A stretch of 60,747 bases of DNA, filler included, from Basidiobolus ranarum (lineage: Eukaryota): assembly GCA_040143965.1 (NCBI GenBank). It is 9 parts of 9 records of this genome, joined end to end, with 100 filler letters (N's around TTAATTAATTAA, not from the genome) between each part and the next. Parts side by side here need not be neighbours in the genome. Positions count along the whole stretch, not along the records: positions 1 to 6,676 come from JASJQH010008145.1; positions 6,777 to 13,446 come from JASJQH010008146.1; 7 more parts are not named here. One strand, given 5' to 3'. This document shows positions 1 to 13,546 of the stretch, one piece after another. How positions within the stretch are numbered: position 1 is the first letter of the stretch; every line of letters starts with the position of its first letter. The notes under the pieces are model-generated. The model saw only the letters and a list, made by a program, of their open reading frames with translations, had not been told where the DNA came from and ran no database searches. A program made the translations under genes and the position numbers.

Positions 1-70
1 TAAGGGAGATTTCATTAATAATGTTAATTGGAATAAGGAGGAAACTAGAAAGATAAGGATGAATGTTCTT

Positions 71-817
71 TCATAGCGTTATTAAACTTGATGTTTCTGC
101 GGCCTCTTGGATCAACTTCGATTCCAGACCAAGTACCTCCCGCCAAGGCTTGGAAGTTTGTCGGTCCGTTAATGGATTCTGGAGTAAATGACAACTTTGG
201 GAGATCGCCACTCCCGCTAGTACTTTAGATGAATACAGTAAACATAATGGGCTTCGTATAAAATCGCTGACAATCCTGGTCGCTAACAATGAGTGCTTTT
301 GCGTGGCACCACACCGCTTCAACGCCTCAAAGAGATATCGATGAGGTAAATCCAAGTGCAAATCGAAACAGAGCGTCTCTAAAAGAATCTCTTCATGGTA
401 ATAAATCGTCTCCTTCCAACGTCTTATATTTTCGCTCAAATTCTCTATCTTGTGACGATCAGCGGATTTCGAAGATACCATAGTACACTCTTGAAACAAT
501 CGTGATATTTGTTTCGATATCTCTTCAGGATAGTAGCTAAGAAAGTCTTCCTCCTCTTTAATGGCCACAAATAGACAAGTTCCGGCTAGATCATACTGAT
601 GGAATACTCGGAAACTCTGTCGCATGTAAAATCGATGAAAATATAACCCAGCTGCATATATCGTTGTCGGTAACAGTTGTAGATTATGTCCAACTTTGAC
701 AATAAAGTTTACACCTTTCTGTCGCAACCGTTGCTCCTTTTCCCAGGTAGAACCATCACGTATCGAAGGGGTATGCGCCAAATCGTTTTGAGTGAACGTC
801 CAATCATTAAGCTCCAT
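71..817 (-). CDS. Cyclin T/K-like transcriptional cyclin (Pch1/Ctk2/Bur2 type)
   Basis: First ATG at 817 (MELNDWTFTQNDLAHTPSIRDG). Cyclin-box motifs LRQKGVNFI, YFHRFYMRQSF, TCLFVAIKEEE, EEILLETLCFDL..PH. No intron is obvious; the exact 3' end is uncertain because it lies near the contig edge. Confidence 0.85.
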   Translation of the reverse strand: MELNDWTFTQNDLAHTPSIRDGSTWEKEQRLRQKGVNFIVKVGHNLQLLPTTIYAAGLYFHRFYMRQSFRVFHQYDLAGTCLFVAIKEEEDFLSYYPEEISKQISRLFQECTMVSSKSADRHKIENLSENIRRWKETIYYHEEILLETLCFDLHLDLPHRYLFEALKRCGATQKHSLLATRIVSDFIRSPLCLLYSSKVLAGVAISQSCHLLQNPLTDRQTSKPWREVLGLESKLIQEAAETSSLITL

Positions 818-3550
818 ATTGAACGATAGAAACAAATAGGGTAAAAATAACAATAAGTAGAAAGAGGGGGGAGTGGAAGATAACTAAGTCTAAGGTGAAA
901 ATCACCGAAATATTCAAAAAGCCAAGTCTATATTCTCTTGGAAGGAAAGTAGGAGGTACTCAAAGAAGTGAGTATTTTTTGGTAGGTTGGTTTTGTTTTT
1001 TCAGCGGTTATAGCGTTTTGATTTTGGTTTCAATTGTTTGTTATAAAACTGCTACAAGCTGTTTGCTTTTTCTTGTTTTTTTCTTTTTTTGGAATAAAAA
1101 GAATGTGATTGAAAGGAGAACTAAACGAATAAAAAACGTAAGAAAGCTTATAATACAATAAACTTACACTAGGCTTCTGAAGCTAGAAAGTTGACCACTG
1201 GCTTACTTAAGAGTTGGATACAACAAGTGAGTGTGTGTTGGTCGTTATTTGACTCGGTAAAATAATAATATAAAAGACAATGAAGAATAGGACAATATAC
1301 AAAAATAAAGCAATTTGAACTGAGGAAATAGACTAAGCAACTCAACTGCAAAGAAAGGAAAACTACAAAAAGTCGAAGGAAGCGAAAAGGTTTGGAAATC
1401 AAGGTAAATGTATCGGTAAAAAAGAAGTTCAATATTAATCGAAAAAGTTCAACCAGCAAGTAAACTTGAGCAAGGTAGACGTGGTTGAACAAAGGTAGGT
1501 ATCGGAATATTCAACCGAAACTAGACCAAATCTTATCAAAGATCCAAGCTTCGCATACAAAACGTTGGAAACGTTTTGATGTTTTGTATTCCTCTTCTGG
1601 GGTAAAAGAGTATTCGAGATGTACAATTAAGATTGTCTACTTCTCTATGAAAGGTTAAGTATATGATTATTGACTTTCTTCCCGAAAAGAGTTTCTTTCA
1701 GTTAAACCTGAGCCAAAAGAAACAGACGAAAGTTAAATGATAAACTGATATTTTTGGTTCTGTGGATAATAAAAATTGTAAAAGAAAATTATAATCGTGA
1801 ATGAATATATTATCTGGCTCTTCAATTTTTCGATAATATTCTACCAAACAGAGTTAACTAATGTAATATCATCAGCAAATCGTCATCGTCGAACTGTCGG
1901 CAGAACAGCAGAATTTTCCCAGATGGAGAGCAATAGGATCCAGGCATATTCTTAGTACAAACAAATCAATAGAATTGTTATAAGAGTGTAAGGAACCCTT
2001 TCAGGCAATTGGATACAGCTTGCCTCATTGTCTCATAAAATCCATAAATGGAGAGATGGATACAGCATATAGCTAATCATAGCTCATAAAAAATATCGCA
2101 CATTAGTTTTGTCGAGAATATCTTACTTGTGGTTACCCTACATTAATTCGATCATATTCTGTGTAGATATTTTAGTTAATTAAACCTTGAAGTCATGGTA
2201 GTTGAGTAGAGTTATTCAACGAATGAAATATGTGGAATTCAATAATTTCTGGTCACATAATATATACTTTTAGTTTCTAACTTTGGAGTAACTTTACGTT
2301 AATTAACATCAGTCGGCCGAACCAACCGTAATGTATCGGCTCAACATCAAGACCGAAATATATCGACGATTGGCGGTTTAAGTAAGCTGAGCATGGTAAT
2401 TACCGTAGGAGATTTATCCGGGAGTCAACAATAGCTTAGAAGCTATATCGAGTGTTTATTGGATGACCCTTCAGGAAATCCCTATTTTGGGTTTTATCTA
2501 TTAATGTAGTAAAATTTCGGATAGTCACGAAACCTTATGTATATCATGTCCTACACATTCAGTTATCGCTCATTGACTAATACTATCGTTGTATCGCAAT
2601 GGGTTCAGTATTTCCAACACATACCAATATACCTGAATTGGTATACTATCTTGAATATGCTCCCATCATCCGATTTGTTAGTCATTGCGCTATTGCTATA
2701 TATCTACTTAGAATTTTTTACTTATGAAGTTCAATAGAGCGAGATATTACAACTATACATATTTCAAATGGATACATTATCAAATTTTACAAAAGACAAA
2801 TCTGAATAAATCATAAGGTACTTTAACGCTCCGTACGGCTTTTGAGTAGGACATTTATATACATAGGTACTAAAATCGGTCCCAAATCAATTGAAGGTGA
2901 AATGTCAAGTAAAAGTTTGATTAAATCTTAACAAGTTGCGATTGATAGCCCAGTTGATAGCGCGGATGCTCCACATAACTAGGTTGTTGAATGCGACAAG
3001 TTCGAATCACACCAAGAGCCTTTTTTCATTTATTTGATTTGACCGAATTCTCGGATACATCATTGATGTCATCAGCACATGGGCACCCATGAACATTGAT
3101 GATTACAAACCTTGATAATCTAGTGGGGTCTTACTGGTTTATCGTAGTAAAATTTTTCATTGGTTCATACTAATACCCTTCTAAAACGTTACCCAATCAA
3201 AGTTAAATGTTTCATCCTTTTGCCGAATACTCCATTCCAATTTAGTATGTGTTGCATGGTGGGGCTTGAGCGACTGGGGTCGGAGGTGTGCGATAGACCT
3301 CGGTTGCACAAAGGAAAAAAAGTTTGACAGAGTACCAGTCGTATAAATAAGGGACGACAGTTGCTGGATCGGTTTAGACTTTGCAATTTCCACCTTGCAA
3401 CGCAGTCACTTTCGCCTTTTCTTACCGGTCTATTATTATAGATTCAAAATTCAATTTATATTATACATTCATATCTTGTAGATAAAAAATCAAAAATTAC
3501 ACTCGTCAAGAGCATCTGTTAATCCGCACATCTCTAAAGAAACTGCTACC

Positions 3551-6500
3551 ATGTCCGCTGAACACACTACTGAAATTATCAACAAAAACCTCCTTTTGAC
3601 TCCTGATCAGCCTGTCGTCCCAATGTCTCCTAGACTTCCTTGCCCACCAGTTACCGCTCCCTCTTCTCATGCACAAGACTCCGTGATTGCTACCTTGTTC
3701 CTTAAGGATGGATCCAGCTTCCAAGGTATCTCTTTTGGTGCTGAAACCCATTCCATTTCGGGAGAATGCGTATTTCAAACCGGTAAGTTCTCAATCTGTC
3801 ATTTTAATTGTACCGTCTTAGACCTTTGTCTTAACATGTGTATCAATCATAGGTATGGTCGGGTATCCCGAGTCTTTGACTGATCCCTCATATCGTGGAC
3901 AAATCCTCGTCGTTACCTATCCTTTGATTGGTAACTATGGTGTCCCCTCCCGTGAAGTTGTTGAAGAACACTTGAACAATTTACCCAAATACTTTGAATC
4001 TAATCAGATCCACGTTGCTGGTCTTATCGTTGGTCAATACACCGAGGAATACTCTCACTTCCTCGCCGCTTCTTCTTTGGGTGATTGGTTAAAGGAGAAC
4101 GACGTTCCTGCCATTTATGGTATTGATACCCGTGCCTTAACCAAGAAGATCCGTCAACAGGGTGTTTTGTTAGGAAAAATGCTCTTCCCCAAGTCGGTTG
4201 TTGAAAGAGATGCTGCTTTGGGAATTCAAGTACCTGCTGGAGAGTTGGAAGAGCCTTGGATGAAAGATTACCAAAATGTTGATTGGGTCGATCCCAACGA
4301 TCGTAACTTAGTCGCCGAAGTTTCGACCAAGAAACTTGAACTTTATGTTCCTCAAGAAGCTAATGCTATAAAGAAGGCTAATGGAAAAACCATTCGCATT
4401 CTTGCTCTTGATGTTGGTATGAAATATAACCAAATTCGTTGCTTCGTTAACCGTGGTGTCGAATTGATGGTTGCTCCATGGGATTACGATTTCCTTAAAG
4501 ATACTGAATACGATGGTCTTTTCATCTCCAACGGTCCAGGTGATCCAACCATGGTTAAAGAGACCATTGATCGCCTCAGCGTTTATTTGAAAAACCCTCG
4601 TACTCCAGTCTTCGGTATTTGCTTGGGTCACCAGCTTACTGCTTTGGCTTCTGGTGCCAAAACTATCAAGATGAAGTATGGTAACCGTGGTCATAACATT
4701 CCTTGTACCGATATGTTCACTGGTCGTTGTTACATTACCTCTCAAAATCACGGTTACGCTGTTGATGCCACTTCCCTTCCTGAAGATTTCAAGGAGTTCT
4801 TTGTTAATGCCAATGATGGCTCTAACGAAGGTATCATTCACACTAAGCTTCCTATTTTCTCGGTTCAATTCCATCCCGAATCTACCCCTGGTCCTCGTGA
4901 TACTGAATACCTGTTTAATGTATTCATTGATACCGTCAAGGCCTGCAGTGATGCCGGTAAATTAGTCAAGGTTCAACTTCCTGGATTAACTGATATTGTG
5001 CCACTTGAGCGCATTAATACTCGTGTTAGTGTTCGTAAGGTCCTCGTTCTTGGAAGTGGTGGTCTTAGTATCGGCCAAGCCGGTGAGTTCGATTACTCCG
5101 GTTCCCAAGCTATTAAGGCACTTAAGGAAGAAGGAATCTACACTATCCTTATTAACCCTAATATTGCTACCATCCAAACCTCAAAAGGTCTTGCCGATAA
5201 GGTTTACTTCCTTCCAGTCACTGCTGAATTCGTTCGTAAGGTTATTAAGCACGAAAAACCTGATGGTATTTACGTGACATTTGGTGGTCAAACTGCATTG
5301 AATGTTGGTATCAAGCTCAAGGACGAGTTTGAAGGTCTTGGTGTCAAGGTCCTTGGTACTCAAGTTGACACTGTTATCACCACAGAAGATCGTGAGCTCT
5401 TCGCTCAAGCCATGTTGGAAATCAACGAAAAATGTGCCAAATCCTTCTCTGCTACTTCCATGGCTGAAGCTATTGAGGCCGGTGAAAAGATCGGTTTCCC
5501 AATTATCGTTCGTGCCGCATACGCCTTGGGTGGTCTCGGCTCCGGTTTTGCTGAGAACGAAGAGCAATTGATTGATTTGTGTAACAAGGCATTCGCTGCC
5601 AGTCCCCAAGTTTTAATTGAGAAATCCATGAAGGGATGGAAAGAAATCGAATATGAAGTTGTTCGTGATTGTCGTGACAACTGTATCACAGTTTGTAACA
5701 TGGAGAACTTCGATCCTCTTGGTATTCACACTGGTGACTCCATTGTCATTGCTCCATCTCAAACTCTTTCCGACGAAGACTATAATATGCTTAGAACTAC
5801 CGCTGTTAATGTCATTCGTCACCTCGGAGTTGTTGGTGAATGTAACATTCAGTACGCTCTTAACCCAGTTTCCAAGGAATATTGCATTATTGAAGTCAAC
5901 GCTCGTCTTTCCAGAAGTTCCGCTTTGGCTTCTAAGGCCACTGGTTATCCTCTTGCTTTTGTTGCCGCCAAATTGGGTCTTGGTATTCCTCTTAACGAGA
6001 TCAAGAACAGTGTCACCAAGAAAACCATTGCTTGCTTCGAACCTTCATTGGATTATGTGGTCGTCAAGATGCCCAGATGGGATCTTAAGAAGTTCAACCG
6101 TGTTAGTACTAAGATCAGTTCTTCCATGAAATCCGTTGGTGAAGTCATGTCTATTGGTAGAACTTTCGAAGAAGCCATTCAAAAAGCTATTCGCGCAGTT
6201 GAGTTTGCCTTTATCGGCTTTTCCGAGAACGATTTCGTTGAGAACATTGACGAGGAGTTGGTGAACCCTACTGATGAGCGTATCTTCGCCATTGCTAACG
6301 CTTTACACAGAGGTTACACTGTTGATCGTATCTGGGAACTTACCAAGATCGACAAATGGTTCCTTAACAAGCTTCATAAGATTGTTTCTTTGGACAAATC
6401 TTTGAGCAAATTCGGTATTAATGATGCTCCTATTAACCTTATCCGTAGCTCTAAGCAACTTGGTTTCAGTGATCGTCAAATTGCCAAATGCTTAGGCAGC

Positions 6501-6676
6501 AATGAACTTGCTGTTCGTAAGGTTCGTTGTGAAGCTGGTATTACTCCCTTCGTCAAGCAAATCGATACCGTTGCCGCCGAATTCCCTGCTTACACCAATT
6601 ACTTGTACATGACTTACAATGCCGTAGAACACGATATCGAGTTTGAGGACAAGGGTATCATGGTTTTAGGTTCTGG
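3551..6676 (+). CDS. URA2: Multifunctional pyrimidine synthesis protein (fused glutamine amidotransferase + carbamoyl-phosphate synthetase), 3' truncated at contig end
   Basis: Exon 1 is 3551-3782 and a GT-AG intron at 3783-3852 restores [21 protein letters not shown]. GATase motifs SNGPGDP, GICLGHQ and QFHPE are fused in frame to the CPSase start [25 protein letters not shown]. The fusion marks the URA2/CAD-type enzyme rather than the arginine-pathway CPA1/CPA2 pair. Confidence 0.95.
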
Positions 6677-6776
6677 NNNNNNNNNNNNNNNNNNNNNNNN
6701 NNNNNNNNNNNNNNNNNNNNTTAATTAATTAANNNNNNNNNNNNNNNNNNNNNNNNNNNNNNNNNNNNNNNNNNNN
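6677..6776. other. Artificial contig spacer
   Basis: N44-TTAATTAATTAA-N44 (stops in all six frames). Confidence 0.99.
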
Positions 6777-9700
6777 TGTTTCTTTGTATTCAAGAAAAGG
6801 AAACTTCTCGACTTGTATAAATAGGATTGATTACCGTATTTGGTGAGGAGGTTTGAATTCGTTTGTCAGTAATGCATAGGATGGAAGGATCATTTCTAAA
6901 CGCCAGTGAGACGCGAGTTTTCCTTTCAAAAATGGAAATGTAGTCGCGAACAACTTCGATTTAGGGTTCACTGGAGAAGATTAGGCAATACTAAAGACTG
7001 CACTAATTTAACTAGATTGATCGATGAAGGAGAAATCCAATTGAAGGAAGTAAATCCAAGGAAGATCCTTGGCAATTATAACACTTCAGGCCCAGACTTT
7101 CAAAACGGAATACTATCCCTTCCAAAGCATATTCTGGGAACGAAATACGTAGTCTCAACTCAAATAGAGATAGATCGCAAAGACGAACTAATATTGAATT
7201 CCAATTAATAGCTTATTCCAACACACCAAAAAATCAACTTTTTCGAAGATAAACAATTTCTAATGTTGGCTATTTATGAACATACCTACAATAAACCTAA
7301 CTTCGGATCTTACTTCGTCCTACTTGCTCGAACAACATGGAGATCGACTTGCAGTTGGTCATGGCTGACATTACTGATGGTGGTGTCAAACAGGATAAAG
7401 CCTGATTCTAAAGATCTGTTACTGGCTAATACGAAACCCTGATTGAGTCTAATGGTCCACTGTCAGCAATAATCTGGTTTTAGTAATCCCAAACCTAGAA
7501 AGCATTTGAGTTGATGATAAGTTGTGAGTTAGGGTTAGGGCTAAGTATTGAAGAAACTCTAATTCAATGTTCCATTATTGTTCATTTCTCTGATTCGAGT
7601 ATTAGCAATACCATCATCATGGTGCCTCGAATACCGACTGACCTTGAACCTGTAGAAAGGGTTATGGTTATTAATCTAGGCTCCAAGTCAGATAATCGAA
7701 ATGATCGTAGCACCCCATAATTCTTCTTGCTATCAAACATATCTAGTACATCACCTAAAGTTGTCTTTTGATGGATGACAGAGACTACCATATCTGATTA
7801 CTGTGGATTATTATAGGTCGCAATTAAGATGCGTGATAGTTTTTTCGGCTTGTATGTGTTCTCTCCGCTATTGGTTTGCCTTTAATATTGAACGCTACTG
7901 CCGAGCTTTCAATAGAGAGGTTTTGTGCGTCAGTGGCCCACTTGGACTATATGATGTTCGTATTCTCCGGATTATTCTCGGATTCTGAGTTACTCAGAAA
8001 TTTGCGAACACCGAAACTTAATTGTAACCTCGAGGTTCTTTACACATATCACGCTTATTGCTATTCAGATATGCTAGCTTCAATAGTTCACTGGATCAAG
8101 TAACAAACTAGATGAGGTAAATCCTTCTATAGGAAACTTCTGTGTATACAATCATCGTATCTATTCATCCTAGCTTATAATGCTTTAGCATATCTTTACG
8201 GAAGCTATAGTTTCGAACAATTGGCTGTATTGTTGGTAACCGTTTGAGTCATAATGTCGATAACTCTTCATGGCCTACACACAACTTTATCTCTAAGGAA
8301 TCTCACTCCCACCACGATGATGAGGATGAGGAAAGTACTAATGAGGTTGAGGTCACGCAAACGAAGTACTAGTTGATTAGTTTGGAATACGATGGCTATC
8401 ATATTAAATTCAAGTAAAATTTCAATGTATAGTATCAAGTACGAAATAAGCCACAATTCAAGTAACCACAATCTATATTACTGTTGAATAAGGATTAGGC
8501 TGATGTTAAGGGGGCAAATCAAGGGTCGATCTTGAATGAGATAATTGTATATACTGAATAATACCACATGGCGATGCCAGTGCTTAGTAAATTACGGTCA
8601 GCTTTGACTCACTCAATATTATAAGATTTATGTTGAGCCCATATTAAATTATTTAGGATAGGCGATGAAGAATCAGTAGGTTCTGAATATGCATACATAT
8701 ATATGGCATGCAAATCTCATCATATTTCTTATCTCCTTACTTGCACATCAACTTCAACATTGCTTTATATTTTCAAAACTAAATATATTTAAACTGCTAA
8801 GAGATTTTAATCCCGTATTGTGTTTGATATCATCTAATACATGAGTAAAATATGTCTACAGTTGCCAACCCTTCTTGACTGTACTCCAGTGATTCATCGT
8901 TATTTCTGCTTAATTCTATATTTCAGAAGTTACGAGCAACCAGATAGCTTTACAGCTGCAACTGGAAGGAATTGAAGCGAGGAATCAACTGAAACACCAG
9001 TGATTGCGTGCATTAATAAATTGCCGTGAGTACGAGAGATTATCTTACTCGCAGAATACACATGAACTCAATAAATCCAGAATAGTTAAGATATGTAGCG
9101 TTTATTAAAGGCAAACTAAAATAGATCAATGCAGGGAGGGCCACACAAAAGAACCTAAAGAGACGAACGTTAGGAAGGTGAAAGTAGAATGTTGATAATG
9201 GAATGAGAGTGATTCAGAAAAAGTTTGAGTACATTATGCTCACATTCCTCCCATAAATGAGAGGCAGGCATTCAAACAAGAGGTGTCAGAAAAATATTTT
9301 CATCACGATCAAACTCATTAAATAAAAATTACTGATTCTTACCGTATGAAGCTTCTGATCAACACTAGAAGTGCTGATGATAAACGTAAGAACATGTTTT
9401 CAGATTTTATTGATTTGCTTCATCAATGGGAATTCTTGATTTCCACTACGGACATGAATTTCACTCTATTTAGTATCAAGCTAAAGCTAATCGGATTTGG
9501 GACTTGAATTGATTTCCGCAACCAGCATTTAAGCTCGATATTGTTGAATCTGTGGATATACCTTACGTAGAAATTGATTGGTGTTGACACTCAACCTCTA
9601 ATTCCTTAGCAGAATAATATCTACTGAATTAAATATACGCCTTTGACTAGACGAAATCCAACCGCTAGAATTGATTGTTACTAGCTGCGGATGGATATCC

Positions 9701-10334
9701 ATACAGGCATGGCATATCAAGTAGTTGTTACTCCACAGTACACAAGACTCTTGCATTGTGTGTTGCCTCATTAATATAACAGGTTTAAAATCGATTACAT
9801 ATTCCTATGGGTTTCCTCTTAGAATTGCAATTATCGGCACCTAAAATACAATCATGATGAACTATTCTTCCTGTACTATACAACAAAGCAAGCGTCATCA
9901 ACGATACTAACCTTGGTGTTTCTACATTCACCATATGAATTTTGGGATATGCTTCATATACACATACGATTTTCATCTGAATCTGGTATACCCCATGCCT
10001 GTATTTTATGGCATAGCCAGTGCACGACCACGTGGGAATATTTGATGAAGTTGCTTTGTCATCGTTATTATTGTGAATACCTTGCTACTTTATATTAGTA
10101 TATAATACATCTTTCAATAGCATATTATCCAGTTTTTGAGGCTTTATTGAAGATCTTGAATTCTTGTCCAATAAAAACTGCGAGTAGTAGAGTACTGGTA
10201 AAGAAGCCGACCAGGGTATCCATGTGCCCTGGCCAAGGCGTTCGAGATATTAACAAGCCTGAAGAACTAAAGCGGGCATTCCATCGAGCTACTGATATAG
10301 GCAATAGGCTCCAATTTGAAAATTACAGTGAACG

Positions 10335-10661
10335 ATGGAATCTCTACAAGTGGGTGATATGTTCTACATATTTGGACATCAGGAAAGAGTACTTAGCTGC
10401 AATGAAGCCGACGAAATTTATTTTGTGGATACCTCCAACACTGTTCTGCATGAGCAGTTACTTATACTTTGCGGAAACATGAAGGAAAAAAACAGCTTCT
10501 ATCTGACATTCAAGTATAAGAAAGGTTTCCTCGGTACAAATGAGGAAGGAAAGCTGATCAATGGCTTGCCTTTCTATAACAGAGGTACTTTTACCATTGA
10601 GAGTTTTCAACAAGCACTAGGACAACAATTTACAGTACGCACGGAAGCTGTAAGCAATTAG
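10335..10661 (+). CDS. Small hypothetical protein (108 aa), possible beta-trefoil/fascin-like repeat
   Basis: ATG-started ORF with globular, beta-rich composition. KKGFLGTNEEGKLINGLPFYNRGTFTIE resembles a fascin-type repeat by eye only. Confidence 0.35.
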   Translation: MESLQVGDMFYIFGHQERVLSCNEADEIYFVDTSNTVLHEQLLILCGNMKEKNSFYLTFKYKKGFLGTNEEGKLINGLPFYNRGTFTIESFQQALGQQFTVRTEAVSN

Positions 10662-13446
10662 CAGATGCACATATTTATATGCTAACTGAGGAATATGACA
10701 GTGAACGAGTAAAGTATAATCAACTACCTCATGCCCACTCTTCTGTGATATATATAATTTTTTATTACTAAAACCGACACTCTATGTTAATATTCCACCT
10801 TTAGTTGAAGGTTATATCTTGAGTAATAACCATGTAGGTGTACGTAATTGTACTTATTGTCCACATGTTATGAACTATGTTCAATATTTGCATCATATTT
10901 ACAGTCAGACAGTATACCCTAGTTAAGTATCCTGTAGAGGGAATCTTCATTAGAAACTAGTTAATGCAGTTGCAGTCTTACTGCATAGATATTATCGACA
11001 TTTCTGGTGTCGTTAGTTGCTTGGTAATCAACTGCCTGAATAAAGATACATAGCGTACTCATGGCCTTGCTTATACATAAGATGGATAATAGTACATAGT
11101 AGTATAGATATAGGGGCGCTGCTTCCCTGACTCATCCAGAGCTTTTTTCTCCGCCACCTGAGGAACACTTCTCATCGATGAAAGTCAAGTTGTAGTGGAC
11201 TTTCATCATTTTGGTGTGCAAATAAAGAATATTAATGGACATGATATTACTCCTTATTTATCCCATAAAGTGCTTGTGTAGGGTTTAAAGTAAAGCCCAT
11301 ACAGTACCACTATCGTGAAGCATGAAAAGGTACAACCAATGACTGTAGGTATTCATGACGTTGCAATACTCAAGCATGAGAGTCAAAATTTAACCCAACG
11401 AAAGAATACCTGTTTCATTCTAAGGTAATATGCAAGTTTTCTCCAAGGAAGTCTGAGAGCAGTTAGGTTAGGCTGTAACATGGCTCACTTTCCTACTTCT
11501 AGTCAGTGCCCTGTTTGACAGCCATGATTCTCTCATCTACGTCAATTTGTATGCTTAGCCGAAGTTGCTTTGAAGTCACTCTGTAGCGCCCACTCGAAAT
11601 AATGGCTAATGTATTGTTGGTAGTGTAGTGGTAATTGCAACTATCATAGACTGTGCTGATGTTTATTCGGTACAAGTATTATGTTTGTTTCCGATCAAGA
11701 TGATAGGTTATAGAATCATAGCGCATTCAACAGGATTACAGACAGAGACAGATGAGCGATTCTAATTTGACATATATGCTAGTGACCGAAGCATTTCAAA
11801 CCACGTAATGCCTGCAAAACATCCGAAAGCTCACTGTTGACAATTTCTTGGAACATACTATACAGTATAATTTGAAAGTTTATTTAAAGTACCTTCAAAT
11901 GCTGGCAGTACTCTTTTCATTGGTACATCTGAATAATTTAGTTTCTGTACTGCTTTAGTGTTTATGGATATACTGAAAGACTCTTTTTGGTGTTGCTTCC
12001 TATAGGTTTGACTATCTTTATCAGCTATCACGATGAGAACTTTGTCAAAACAAGAATGGAATTTGGAAATGTGAGGGCTCTGCAACACTAAAAACTTGTA
12101 TTTCTAGTAAGTATGCGATTATATGTGTATTCCTCCTCTAGTGGACTGATAGATTCAATATAATACAAGGACAAGTATGTCAAACCTTCTTCAATATTGC
12201 AACACGTATACTCCGAGTCGCAGCCTTAAAACTGTATGTAATGAACCGATGCTAGCCCTCTGGCAACTGAAAATGAAATATAGGGCATAGTAGTAGGTAT
12301 TGGCATTAGAGTTTAACACAGGCCTGGTTAAATCTCTATGGAGTCACAAAATATAAATACTGCCTATGGGTTGTTAGTCTTAAATTCTGATGCTGCATCT
12401 AGAAGAGAATTTTGGATAAGTTATAAGTAGAGCTACTATAATGGAAAATAAAATTTTGTTCTCTGGACTCATGTTTTCAAAATAATATTTATGAAAAAAC
12501 TTTGAAACCCGGGATAGTTCTTGGAGCTAAATATTCAAGTGATATATCATGATGTGGGCTTCATGAGTCGGATTTATTATAGGTTGAATACAAAGAAACA
12601 TAGTAGCATCCTATATAACAACTAAGTACCAATGAGTCTTCTCCAGAGAAAGTCAGGAGAGTGGTCTAGTCAACTAAAATGGTGCAGTGAACATATCAAT
12701 CAATAGCACCAGAAAATTGCAAGATCTAAAGGAATACTAGCAAGCGCCAAGCAGGAGTATACTGAGCAGAGCAACATGCCAAAATATTTTAATGAAATCA
12801 GCATGGCAATAAAGAAATTTTCAACACAAATGCATATACTGTAAATTCCAATATACCAAAAGCCTAGCAGGTTGTCAAAGAATTAACATTACAATTCTAG
12901 ATATATTGAACTGAGTGTAAAAGAAATGAGCACTTAGTTTGTGTGTTTAATGGATATGAACGTATCACACCTTGTAAAAGCAGTGTGGAATAATATAGAT
13001 AATGTGCATCTGGTAATGTATTAGAATATCAAATATTTATATATAAATATATCTCTCCCAATCGCTAAAATACATGTAATGTGCGCTATCCACGCTAATG
13101 AGATTAGGTACTCAGAAACTGGCCTATGTTCCTCGTTGGGAATTATAATGGTGTTGAGTTGTTTCTTTCCCATCAAGTGTTGTATTTTCTGATCCTGAGA
13201 ATCTAACTATCAAAAACGAAATGAGATGAAGTGACACAACAAGCTTATATATACTACGTAGTTATTTCTAACCAACAATATGGATGAAAAAAAACACCCA
13301 ACAGGTGCTATTCAGAGTTCCACAATTCTTAATTACGCGTAAAGATCGTATTTTATCCCTCATTCTCACTGAATGATAGAATAGTAGTGAGAGCGCGTTT
13401 TGATTGTATTACGATGAATGTTGATCAAGTAGAGTATGTTGGGTTG

Positions 13447-13546
13447 NNNNNNNNNNNNNNNNNNNNNNNNNNNNNNNNNNNNNNNNNNNNTTAATTAATT
13501 AANNNNNNNNNNNNNNNNNNNNNNNNNNNNNNNNNNNNNNNNNNNN
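13447..13546. other. Artificial contig spacer
   Basis: N44-TTAATTAATTAA-N44. Confidence 0.99.

Noticed and set aside
4308-6129. Several antisense and alternate-frame ORFs inside URA2
   Set aside because: Shadow ORFs produced by strong codon bias in a highly expressed gene; no motifs.
7529-7540. TTAGGGTTAGGG telomere-like repeat
   Set aside because: Only two units, internal to the contig; compatible with chance.
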